Source: Eledone cirrhosa (Eukaryota). From it: 64,000 nucleotides of DNA. A program made the translations under genes and the position numbers. Below, one piece after another: positions 23,193 to 34,100 of this stretch (its first letter is position 1; each line of letters starts with the position of its first letter). Under the pieces are notes generated by a model. It was given only the letters and a program-made list of their open reading frames with translations, was not told the origin of the DNA and made no database searches. The stretch is taken from NCBI GenBank assembly GCA_964016885.1, contig OZ024748.1, positions 46,624,001 to 46,688,000 of the forward strand, written 5' to 3'.

Positions 23193-23349
23193 TATTGTTT
23201 AGCCCTAGGCCATCTCTGTTATTGCAGACATATGATCATAGTCATCAAAACCATGCTTTTGCTGTTTATAATAATAGTGGTTGTCGCCGTCAATGATAGC
23301 AAGCTGATGTTGGTACTGCGGTTGGTGGTGAGGTACAGGTGGTATGCTG

Positions 23350-24110
23350 GTAGTGGGTCGGTGGTGGGTCGGTGAGAGTGATGCGGGGTCGGTGGTGGGT
23401 CGGTGAGTGTGATTAGGGGTCGGTGGTGGGTCGGTGAGAGTGATGAGGGGTCGGTGGTGGGTCGGTGGTGGTGTGGTGGGTTAGTGGTGGGTCGGTGAGA
23501 GTGATGAGGGGTCGGTGGTGGGTCGGTGGTGGCTTGGTGGGTCGGTGGTGGTGTGGTGGGTTAGTGGTGGGTCGGTGAGAGTGATGAGGGGTCGGTGGTG
23601 GGTCGGTGAGAGTGATGAGGGGTCGGTGGTGGGTCGGTGAGAATGATCATCGGCCAGTGGTTGCCTGGTGGTGGGACGGTGGTGGCTTGGTGGGTCGGTG
23701 GTGGCTTGGTGGGTCGGTGGTGGTGTGGTGGGTTAGTGGTGGTCGGTGAGAGTGATGAGGGGTCGGTGGTGGGTCGGTGAGAATGATCATCGGCCGGTGG
23801 TTGCCTGGTGGTGGATTGGTGGGACGGTGGCGGCTTGGTGGGTCGGTGGTGGCTTGGTGGGTCGGTGGTGGCTTGGGGGGTCGGTGGTGGCTTGGTGGGT
23901 CGGTGGCGGCTTGGTGGGTCGGTGGTGGCTTGGGGGGTCGGTGGTGGCTTGGTGGGACGGTGGTGGCGAGTCGGTGGTGGTGTGGTGGGTTAGTGGTGGG
24001 TCGGTGAGAGTGATGATGGGCCGGTGGTGGGTCGCTGGTTGCGGTTCGGTGGTGGGCTGGTGGTGGGTGGGTGGTGGGTTGGTGGTGGGTGGGTGGTGGG
24101 CTGGTGAGGT
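23350..24110. repeat. G-rich minisatellite mixing 29-bp (GGTCGGTGGTGGGTCGGTGAGAGTGATGAG-like) and 21-bp (GGTCGGTGGTGGCTTGGTG-like) units
   Basis: GGGTCGGTG core repeated throughout. Confidence 0.88.
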
Positions 24111-24278
24111 GCTGATGGATGAGAGGCAGTATCGACACAGTATGTAGTAAATCAACAAGATTCACTCGGCTTACTCCTCCTCCCCCACCACATCACCCCC
24201 AGTCAACTCACCTACATTCTCACCGAATCAATAAAAACAGGTAAACTATATTGATCTTCATTGATCACGTTAATTTTC

Positions 24279-24417
24279 AGTAGTAGTAATGGTAGTAGTA
24301 GTAGTGGTATTAGTAGTAGTAGTAGTTATAGTAGTAGTAGTAGTGGTAGTAGTGGTAGTAGTGGTGGTGGTAGTAGTGGTGGTAGTAGTGATAGTTGTGG
24401 TAGTGGTAGTAGTGGTA

Positions 24418-24503
<86 letters not shown>

Positions 24504-24645
24504 GGTGGTAGTGGTGGTAGTAGTAGTGGTAGAGGTGGTAGTAGTGGTAGTGGTAGTAGTCGTAGTAGTGGTGGTAGTGGTAGTGGTAGTAGTAGTAGTG
24601 GTAGTAGTAGTATTAGTAGTAGTAGTAGTAGTAGTAGTGGTAGTG

Positions 24646-24716
<71 letters not shown>
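24279..24716. repeat. (TAG)n/(TGG)n compound microsatellite
   Basis: Direct reading; explains the poly-Ser and poly-Val ORFs. Confidence 0.95.
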
Positions 24717-24717
<1 letters not shown>

Positions 24718-24741
24718 CATGGAAACGCAGATCGAATATCT

Positions 24742-25005
24742 GTGGTAGAGGGGAAGAATGGTAGGGGTGGGGAAAGAAATTTAGGGGCTGGGGAGAATGC
24801 TAGGGGATGGGGAAACGAATGGAAGTGGTGTGGGAAGAATGGGAGGGGTGGGGAAGTATGGTGGTGGTGGTGGACAAGTGGTAGGGGATGGGGAGAAGAA
24901 TGGTGGAGGATGGGGAAAGACTGGTAGGGTGGGGGAAAAGTGGTAGGAGATGAGAAAAGAATGGTAGGGTGTAGGGAAAGAATGGTAGGGGGTAGGGAAA
25001 GGTGG
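24742..25005. repeat. Degenerate ~20-bp purine-rich repeat GGGAAGAATGGTAGGGGT, G-quadruplex-prone
   Basis: About 12 loose copies with multiple GGG runs. Confidence 0.7.
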
Positions 25006-25093
25006 AAATGTATGTCAAGATCTTTAGTAATTATAATGTTACGTAGACGGTTGAAATGCCATCGCGTTGCCTGATAAGATGTATTTCTGTAAA

Positions 25094-25368
25094 TAAGATG
25101 TGATGGCTTAGTGGTTAGAGAGTTGAGTTCGCAATCATGAGGTTGTGAGTTGGATTCCCAGGATAAGACGTGAAGGCGGGTGGCTTAGTGGTGAGACAGC
25201 TGGATTCATAATCATGAGGTTGAGTTCGATTTCCGGAAGAAGATGTGATGTAAGGTTGTATGGCTTAATGGTTAGGCAGTTGGATTTGCAACCGTGAAGA
25301 TTTGAGATCGCTTCCCAGACCGGGCGATGCCTTATGACCTTGTACAAGACATTATTTTACATTGGTCT
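25094..25368 (+). mobile_element. Second, older tRNA-derived SINE family with three tandem heads
   Basis: A box TGGCTTA(G/A)TGGT at 25104, 25181, 25261, each followed by a degenerate B box (GTTGGATTCC, GTTCGATTTCC, GATCGCTTCC); body only after the third. Confidence 0.65.
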
Positions 25369-25429
25369 TTCTGCCAGGAGTTGCAACTAGTAGGTAGTAC
25401 TAGAAATAGAAAGACGACTGGAAATATTT

Positions 25430-25845
25430 ATTTCGTTGTTCCAATTTGACGAGTTCCATCTCATTAGGTAAGTGACCAAGGCCTGAGATCTTTTCGATCA
25501 ATTAAGGCAGGTGTAAAATATAAATCCTGATTAATGACTACACTGCTCTAATAACACACAATCCTGACTACACTGCTCTTTCTAACACCATACAATAAAA
25601 TAAAAAGAAATGTTTCAAATCAATTTGAAAATATAATTGATAGAAAATTGTATTTAAATAATTTCTGATTTATTTGCCTTCAAAGACTAAAGAAACTTAT
25701 TATTATTATTTTTATTATACATTATACATGAAATGTATAATAATACTGATAATAAGGGATTATTTCTTTGTTCCAATTTGACGAGTTCCATCTCATTAGG
25801 TAAGTGCCCGGGGCTGAGATCTTTCGAAGGCAGGTGTAAATAGGT
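25430..25845 (+). repeat. Local ~85 bp direct duplication (25430-25518 and 25762-25841)
   Basis: TTGTTCCAATTTGACGAGTTCCATCTCATTAGGTAAGTG...CTGAGATCTTT...AAGGCAGGTGTAAA occurs twice. Confidence 0.85.
25523..25589 (+). repeat. Orphan ~2 monomers of the 30-bp satellite
   Basis: TGACTACACTGCTCTAATAACACACAATCCTGACTACACTGCTCTTTCTAACACC. Confidence 0.92.
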
Positions 25846-26307
25846 TATCTTGCGATATGAGGAAACATACGTGAAATATCTGGAGTAACGGCGTAAAGCG
25901 GTCTGAGTTATCAGATGTATACATGAAATAATTATACAATAAAAGGTTCGTGGTATAATCATTAGCTTTAATTAGATGTTAACATATATTTCTTTTGTTT
26001 GTTTTAATTAATGAGCTTTATGTATGTAGAAACAGATGAGAAACAGAAAGAAAAGGAGGCAGACAATGTCACATGTTCATTGATGAGGTTACAGAATGTG
26101 TGACGAAAGAACTGATGAACTGAACAATGACTAGTAATTAATAAAAAAGTGAAAATAATATGGAGAGTGTGTTATTTTTTATTGGCAATGGTGGCAACAT
26201 GACCATCACCAAATATAACAATATATAATATATACATTTATTAAATTAACAGATTAAAGTTTAAGCAAAGAATCGCTGCTTTCACTCTTAACGGGATCTT
26301 CTGAAAG

Positions 26308-26330
26308 ATATATATATATATATATATATA

Positions 26331-26412
<82 letters not shown>

Positions 26413-26423
26413 TGTGTGTGTGT
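26308..26423. repeat. (TA)n(GA)n(TG)n compound microsatellite
   Basis: Direct reading. Confidence 0.95.
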
Positions 26424-26489
26424 ATTTCAATGAAATCCTAGTCCGTTGTACAACCAACACCTAACTACCCACGGAATGTATATTTCTGT

Positions 26490-26600
26490 TGGAACAATGT
26501 GAAAGGAAGTGTCTCTCTCGGGGACACAACTCCACTCTAGGCCCGATATATGAATTGAAGCTACAACTTAATAAATGAGCGTCTGACGTATAACCAAGCG
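26490..26600 (-). mobile_element. Highly decayed SINE relic related to 25261-25368
   Basis: CAATGTGAAAGGAAGTGTCTCTCTCGGGGACACAAC loosely matches the reverse complement of the 25330-25365 body. Confidence 0.35.
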
Positions 26601-26618
26601 CGCTAGGTAGGTTAATTA

Positions 26619-26971
26619 TCAATTAATCTCTCTGAGATTTGACAACAATTCCGACCCCTGCATCTTCTTCGAGGTTTTGGTGGGATGCGAACCGCTGTAT
26701 CCTCTATCCACATATAAATCTGATCCATCAGTTGATCGACCTTCGTCAACAAAGTCGAATATTTCACACGCAATAAAGTAGTAATCCATTACATACTTAA
26801 TAGAAAGTTTATCATGTTCCATGAATGACGAAATGAAGCTCGTTGAATAGAGATGACTGAAAAGGGATGGCTGAATTAAGATGGTTGAAAGACGTTGGCT
26901 GAAAGAAGAAGTTCTCTGTCGAAGTCCAGAAGAAATTATCTCATGAATTACTTTGATTTCTTTGCGCGTCA
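26619..26971 (-). CDS. Candidate terminal coding exon, unknown protein
   Basis: 117 open codons of non-repetitive sequence starting right after acceptor-like CTTCTGTTACTGTCAG and ending in TGA; no recognisable domain. Confidence 0.3.
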
Positions 26972-27149
26972 CTGACAGTAACAGAAGTAGTTTCTACACA
27001 TTGCCGGCTTCATTTTATCTTGGAAAATATTCTGGGCTTAAGTTCAACGATTTTACACAAATAATGCATAGAATGGAAACGCTCTCAACACAATAGCACA
27101 CAGATAGAAACTACAATAAGTAGTTGTAAGAACATTAGTTATAATTGTT

Positions 27150-27258
27150 GTGTTAACAGCAATGGCAGTGTTAACAGCAGTAGTAGTGTTAACAGCAGTA
27201 CGAGTGTTAACAGCGTTAATAGTGTTAACAACAGTAGTAGTGTTAACAGCAGCAATAG
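27150..27258. repeat. 18-bp minisatellite GTGTTAACAGCAGTAGTA x6
   Basis: GTGTTAAC at 27150, 27168, 27186, 27204, 27222, 27240. Confidence 0.9.
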
Positions 27259-27272
27259 CTTACATAACATAC

Positions 27273-27317
27273 CTTTGTACTGGAAAGAAACCTTTCTTAC
27301 CGAATGCAATAGTCGCG
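27273..27317 (-). CDS. Candidate 45-bp internal exon (xRLLHSVRKVSFQYK)
   Basis: Minus strand CTCTTTTAATTCAG|...AAAG|GTATGT; phase 1 end joins in frame to the 26971 acceptor. Confidence 0.25.
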
Positions 27318-27498
27318 CTGAATTAAAAGAGATGAGGCAAGGAATTCTGATGAAGAAACATAGAAATCTAAATCTAAATAAAACACTTACAACCTCGAGA
27401 ATACTCGTAATACAAGCACGAACTTGGATATGGAATAATTCAATACATAGATGTTGAACCAGGTAAGTGTGTATAGGGTTAGGAGGGACCATGCGCAT

Positions 27499-27588
<90 letters not shown>

Positions 27589-27710
27589 CGTGTGTGTGTG
27601 TGTGTGCGTGTGTGTGTGTGTGTGTGTGCGTGTGTGTGTGTGTGTCACATGTATATACGTATGCACGGTTATGTATATACACACATATATATATGTATAT
27701 ACATATATAT

Positions 27711-27757
<47 letters not shown>

Positions 27758-27830
27758 AATGTGTGTATATGTATATACATATATGTTTATGTATATACAT
27801 ATATATTTAAATGTGTGTATATATACACGC
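27499..27830. repeat. (TG)n followed by degenerate (TA)n
   Basis: Direct reading. Confidence 0.93.
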
Positions 27831-28111
27831 ATACACATAAACGTAAGCACAACTATGTATGTATGTATTCAGCAGAAGAACCACAATATCATGGTCAATC
27901 TTCGTTCTAAAATCTTATTCTACCTTCCAAAGTTAGACTACCTGAAGTCCTTAGAATCTGGCTCCCTTAAAATAAAGTTTCTCAACCCTTTTTCTTCCTC
28001 TTGTATTATTTTTCGTGCCAAAAATATTTCAGCCCCTCAAAAGAACATAGAGAAATTCCTTGAAACAGGAATTCATTTTATTTACAAAAGTGAAATATAG
28101 TAGAAAATACA

Positions 28112-31100
28112 TTGCTCTTTCTAACAACACACAATCCTGACTACACTGCTCTAACACCTCCCAATCCTGACTACACTGCTCTAACACCTCCCAATTGTGA
28201 CTACACTGCTCTAACACCTCCCAATCCTGACTACACTGCTCTAACACCTCCCAATCCTGACTACACTGCTGTAACACCTCCCAATACTGACTACACTGCT
28301 CTAACACCTCCCAATCCTGACTACACTGCTGTAACACCTCCCAATCCTGACTACACTGCTCTAACACCTCCCAATCCTGACTACACTGCTCTAACCACAC
28401 AATCCTGACTACACTGCTCTAACACTTCCCAATCCTGACTACACTGCTGTAACACATCCCAATCCTGACTACACTGCTCTAACACCTCCCAATACTGACT
28501 ACACTGCTCTAACCACACAATCCTGACTACACTGCTCTAACACCACAATCCTGACTACACTGCTCTAACACTTCCCAATCCTGACTACACTGCTCTAACA
28601 CTTCCCAATCCTGACTACACTGCTCTAACACTTCCCAATCCTGACTACACTGCTCTAACACCTCCCAATCCTGACTACACTGCTGTAACACCTCCCAATC
28701 CTGACTACACTGCTGTAACACCTCCCAATCCTGACTACACTGCTCTAACACCTCCCAATCCTGACTACACTGCTTTAACACCTCCCAATCCTGACTACAC
28801 TGCTCTAACCACACAATCCTGACTACACTGCTCTAACACTTCCCAATCCTGACTACACTGCTCTAACACCTCCCAATCCTGACTACACTGCTCTAACACC
28901 TCCCAATACTGACTACACTGCTCTAACCACACAATCCTGACTACACTGCTCTAACACCACAATCCTGACTACACTGCTCTAACACTTCCCAATCCTGACT
29001 ACACTGCTCTAACACCTCCCAATCCTGACTACACTGCTGTAACACCTCCCAATCCTGACTACACTGCTGTAACACCTCCCAATCCTGACTACACTGCTGT
29101 AACACCTCCCAATCCTGACTACACTGCTCTAACACCTCCCAATCCTGACTACACTGCTCTAACACCTCCCAATCCTGACTACACTGCTCTAACACCTCCC
29201 AATCCTGACTACACTGCTTTAACACCTCCCAATCCTGACTACACTGCTCTAACCACACAATCCTGACTACACTGCTCTAACACTTCCCAATCCTGACTAC
29301 ACTGCTCTAACACCTCCCAATACTGACTACACTGCTCTAACCACACAATCCTGACTACACTGCTCTAACACTTTCCAATCCTGACTACACTGCTCTAACC
29401 ACACAATCCTGACTACACTGCTCTAACACTTCCCAATCCTGACTACACTGCTCTAACACCTCCCAATCCTGACTACACTGCTGTAACACCTCCCAATCCT
29501 GACTACACTGCTGTAACACCTCCCAATCCTGACTACACTGCTCTAACACCTCCCAATCCTGACTACACTGCTCTAACACCTCCCAATCCTGACTACACTG
29601 CTCTAACCACACAATCCTGACTACACTGCTGTAACACCTCCCAATCCTGACTACACTGCTCTAACACCTCCCAATCCTGACTACACTGCTCTAACCACAC
29701 AATCCTGACTACACTGCTCTAACACCTCCCAATCCTGACTACACTGCTCTAACACCTCCCAATCCTGACTACACTGCTCTAACACCTCCCAATCCTGACT
29801 ACACTGCTGTAACACCTCCCAATCCTGACTACACTGCTCTAACACCTCCCAATCCTGACTACACTGCTCTAACCACACAATCCTGACTACACTGCTCTAA
29901 CACTTCCCAATCCTGACTACACTGCTCTAACACCTCCCAATACTGACTACACTGCTCTAACCACACAATCCTGACTACACTGCTCTAACACCACAATCCT
30001 GACTACACTGCTCTAACACTTCCCAATCCTGACTACACTGCTCTAACACCTCCCAATCCTGACTACACTGCTGTAACACCTCCCAATCCTGACTACACTG
30101 CTGTAACACCTCCCAATCCTGACTACACTGCTTTAACACCTCCCAATCCTGACTACACTGCTCTAACCACACAATCCTGACTACACTGCTCTAACACTTC
30201 CCAATCCTGACTACACTGCTCTAACACCTCCCAATACTGACTACACTGCTCTAACCACACAATCCTGACTACACTGCTCTAACACTTTCCAATCCTGACT
30301 ACACTGCTCTAACCACACAATCCTGACTACACTGCTCTAACACTTCCCAATCCTGACTACACTGCTCTAACACCTCCCAATCCTGACTACACTGCTGTAA
30401 CACCTCCCAATCCTGACTACACTGCTGTAACACCTCCCAATCCTGACTACACTGCTCTAACACCTCCCAATCCTGACTACACTGCTCTAACACCTCCCAA
30501 TCCTGACTACACTGCTCTAACACCTCCCAATCCTGACTACACTGCTGTAACACCTCCCAATCCTGACTACACTGCTCTAACACCTCCCAATCCTGACTAC
30601 ACTGCTCTAACCACACAATCCTGACTACACTGCTCTAACACTTCCCAATCCTGACTACACTGCTCTAACACCTCCCAATACTGACTACACTGCTCTAACC
30701 ACACAATCCTGACTACACTGCTCTAACACCACAATCCTGACTACACTGCTCTAACACTTCCCAATCCTGACTACACTGCTCTAACACCTCCCAATCCTGA
30801 CTACACTGCTGTAACACCTCCCAATCCTGACTACACTGCTGTAACACCTCCCAATCCTGACTACACTGCTTTAACACCTCCCAATCCTGACTACACTGCT
30901 CTAACCACACAATCCTGACTACACTGCTCTAACACTTCCCAATCCTGACTACACTGCTCTAACACCTCCCAATACTGACTACACTGCTCTAACCACACAA
31001 TCCTGACTACACTGCTCTAACACTTTCCAATCCTGACTACACTGCTCTAACCACACAATCCTGACTACACTGCTCTAACACTTCCCAATCCTGACTACAC

Positions 31101-34100
31101 TGCTCTAACACCTCCCAATCCTGACTACACTGCTCGTAACACCTCCCAATCCTGACTACACTGCTGTAACACCTCCCAATCCTGACTACACTGCTTTAAC
31201 ACCTCCCAATCCTGACTACACTGCTCTAACCACACAATCCTGACTACACTGCTCTAACACCTCCCAATCCTGACTACACTGCTCTAACACCTCCCAATCC
31301 TGACTACACTGCTCTAACCACACAATCCTGACTACACTGCTCTAACACCTTTCCCAATCCTGACTACACTGCTCTAACCACACAATCCTGACTACACTGC
31401 TCTAACACTTCCCAATCCTGACTTCACTGCTCTAACACCTCCCAATACTGACTACACTGCTCTAACACCTCCCAATCCTGACTACACTGCTCTAACACCT
31501 CCAATCCTGACTACACTGCTCTAACACCTCCCCAATCTGACTACCTGCTCAAACACCTCCCAATCCTGACTACACTGCTGTAACACCTCCCAATCCTGAC
31601 TACACTGCTCTAACACTCCCATCCTGACTACACTGCTCTAAAACACTCCCAATCCTGACTACACTGCTCTAAACACCTCCTCAATCCTGACTACACTGCT
31701 CTAACACCTCCCAATCCTGACTACACTGCTCTAACACCTCCCAATCCTGACTACACTGCTCCTCTACACACCTCCCAATCCTGACTACACTGCTCTAACA
31801 CCTCCCAATCCTGACTACACTGCTCTAACACCTCCCAATCCCTGACAATACACTGCTCTAACACCTCCCAATCCTGAACCTACAAACTGCAATCCTGACT
31901 ACACTGCTCTAACACCTCCCAATCCTGACTACACTGCTCTAACACCTCCCAATCCTGACTACACTGCTCTAACACCTCCCAATCCTGACTACACTGCTCT
32001 AACCACACAATCCTGACTACACTGCTCTAACACTTCCCAATCCTGACTACACTGCTCTAACACCTCCCAATCCTGACTACACTGCTCTAACACCTCCCAA
32101 TCCTGACTACACTGCTCTAACACCTCCCAATCCTGACTACACTGCTCTAACACCTCCCAATCCTGACTACACTGCTCTAACACCTCCCAATCCTGACTAC
32201 ACTGCTCTAACACCTCCCAATCCTGACTACACTGCTCTAACACCTCCCAATCCTGACTACACTGCTCTAACACTCCCAATCCTGACTACACTGCTCTAAC
32301 CACACAATCCTGACTACACTGCTCTAACACCACAATCCTGACTACACTGCTCTAACACCTCCCAATCCTGACTACACTGCTCTAACACACACAATCCTGA
32401 CTACACTGCTCTAACACTTCCCAATCCTGACTACACTGCTCTAACACCTTCCAATCCTGACTACACTGCTGTAACACCTCCCAATCCTGACTACACTGCT
32501 GTAACACCTCCCAATCCTGACTACACTGCTCTAACACCTCCCAATGCTGACTACACTGCTTTAACACCTCCCAATCCTGACTACACTGCTGTAACACCTC
32601 CCAATCCTGACTACACTGCTCTAACCACACAATCCTGACTACACTGCTCTAACACCTCTCCAATCCTGACTACACTGCTCTAACACCTCCCAATACTGAC
32701 TACACTGCTTTAACACCTCCCAATCCTGACTACACTGCTCTAACACCTCCCAATCCTGACTACACTGCTCTAACCACACAATCCTGACTACACTGCTCTA
32801 ACACCTCCCAATCCTGACTACACTGCTCTAACACCTCCCAATCCTGACTACACTGCTCTAACACCTCCCAATCCTGACTACACTGCTCTAACACCTCCAA
32901 TCCTGACTACACTGCTCTAACACCTCCCAATCCTGACTACACTGCTCTAACCACACAATCCTGACTACACTGCTGTAACAAGACACAATCCTGACTACAC
33001 TGCTCTAACACTTCCCAATCCTGACTACACTGCTGTAACACCTCCCAATCCTGACTACACTGCTCTAACCCACACAATCCTGACTACACTGCTCTAACAC
33101 CTCCAATCCTGACTACACTGCTCTAACACCTCCCAATCCTGACTACACTGCTTTAACACCTCCCAATCCTGACTACACTGCTCTAACCACACAATCCTGA
33201 CTACACTGCTGTAACAACACACAATCCTGACTACACTGCTCTAACACTTCCCAATCCTGACTACACTGCTCTAACACCTCCCAATCCTGACTACACTGCT
33301 CTAACCACACAATCCTGACTACACTGCTCTAACACCTCCCAATCCTGACTACACTGCTCTAACACCTCCCAATCCTGACTACACTGCTTTAACACCTCCC
33401 AATCCTGACTACACTGCTCTAACACCTCCCAATCCTGACTACACTGCTCTAACCACACAATCCTGACTACACTGCTGTAACACCTCCCAATCCTGACTAC
33501 ACTGCTCTAACACCTCCCAATCCTGACTACACTGCTCTAACCACACAATCCTGACTACACTGCTCTAACACCTCCCAATACTGACTACACTGCTCTAACA
33601 CCTCCCAATCCTGACTACACTGCTCTAACACCTCCCAATCCTGACTACACTGCTCTAACACCTCCCAATCCTGACTACACTGCTCTAACCACACAATCCT
33701 GACTACACTGCACTAACACCTCCCAATCCTGACTACACTGCTCTAACACCTCCCAATCCTGACTACACTGCTTTAACACCTCCCAATCCTGACTACACTG
33801 CTCTAACACCTCCCAATCCTGACTACACTGCTCTAACACCTCCCAATCCTGACTACACTGCTTTAACACCTCCCAATCCTGACTACACTGCTCTAACACC
33901 TCCCAATCCTGACTACACTGCTCTAACCACACAATCCTGACTACACTGCTGTAACACCTCCCAATCCTGACTACACTGCTCTAACACCTCCCAATCCTGA
34001 CTACACTGCTCTAACCACACAATCCTGACTACACTGCTCTAATACCTCCCAATACTGACTACACTGCTCTAACACCTCCCAATCCTGACTACACTGCTCT

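Noticed and set aside
24261-24927. Poly-Ser/Gly and poly-Val ORFs
   Set aside because: Translation of (TAG)n/(TGG)n.
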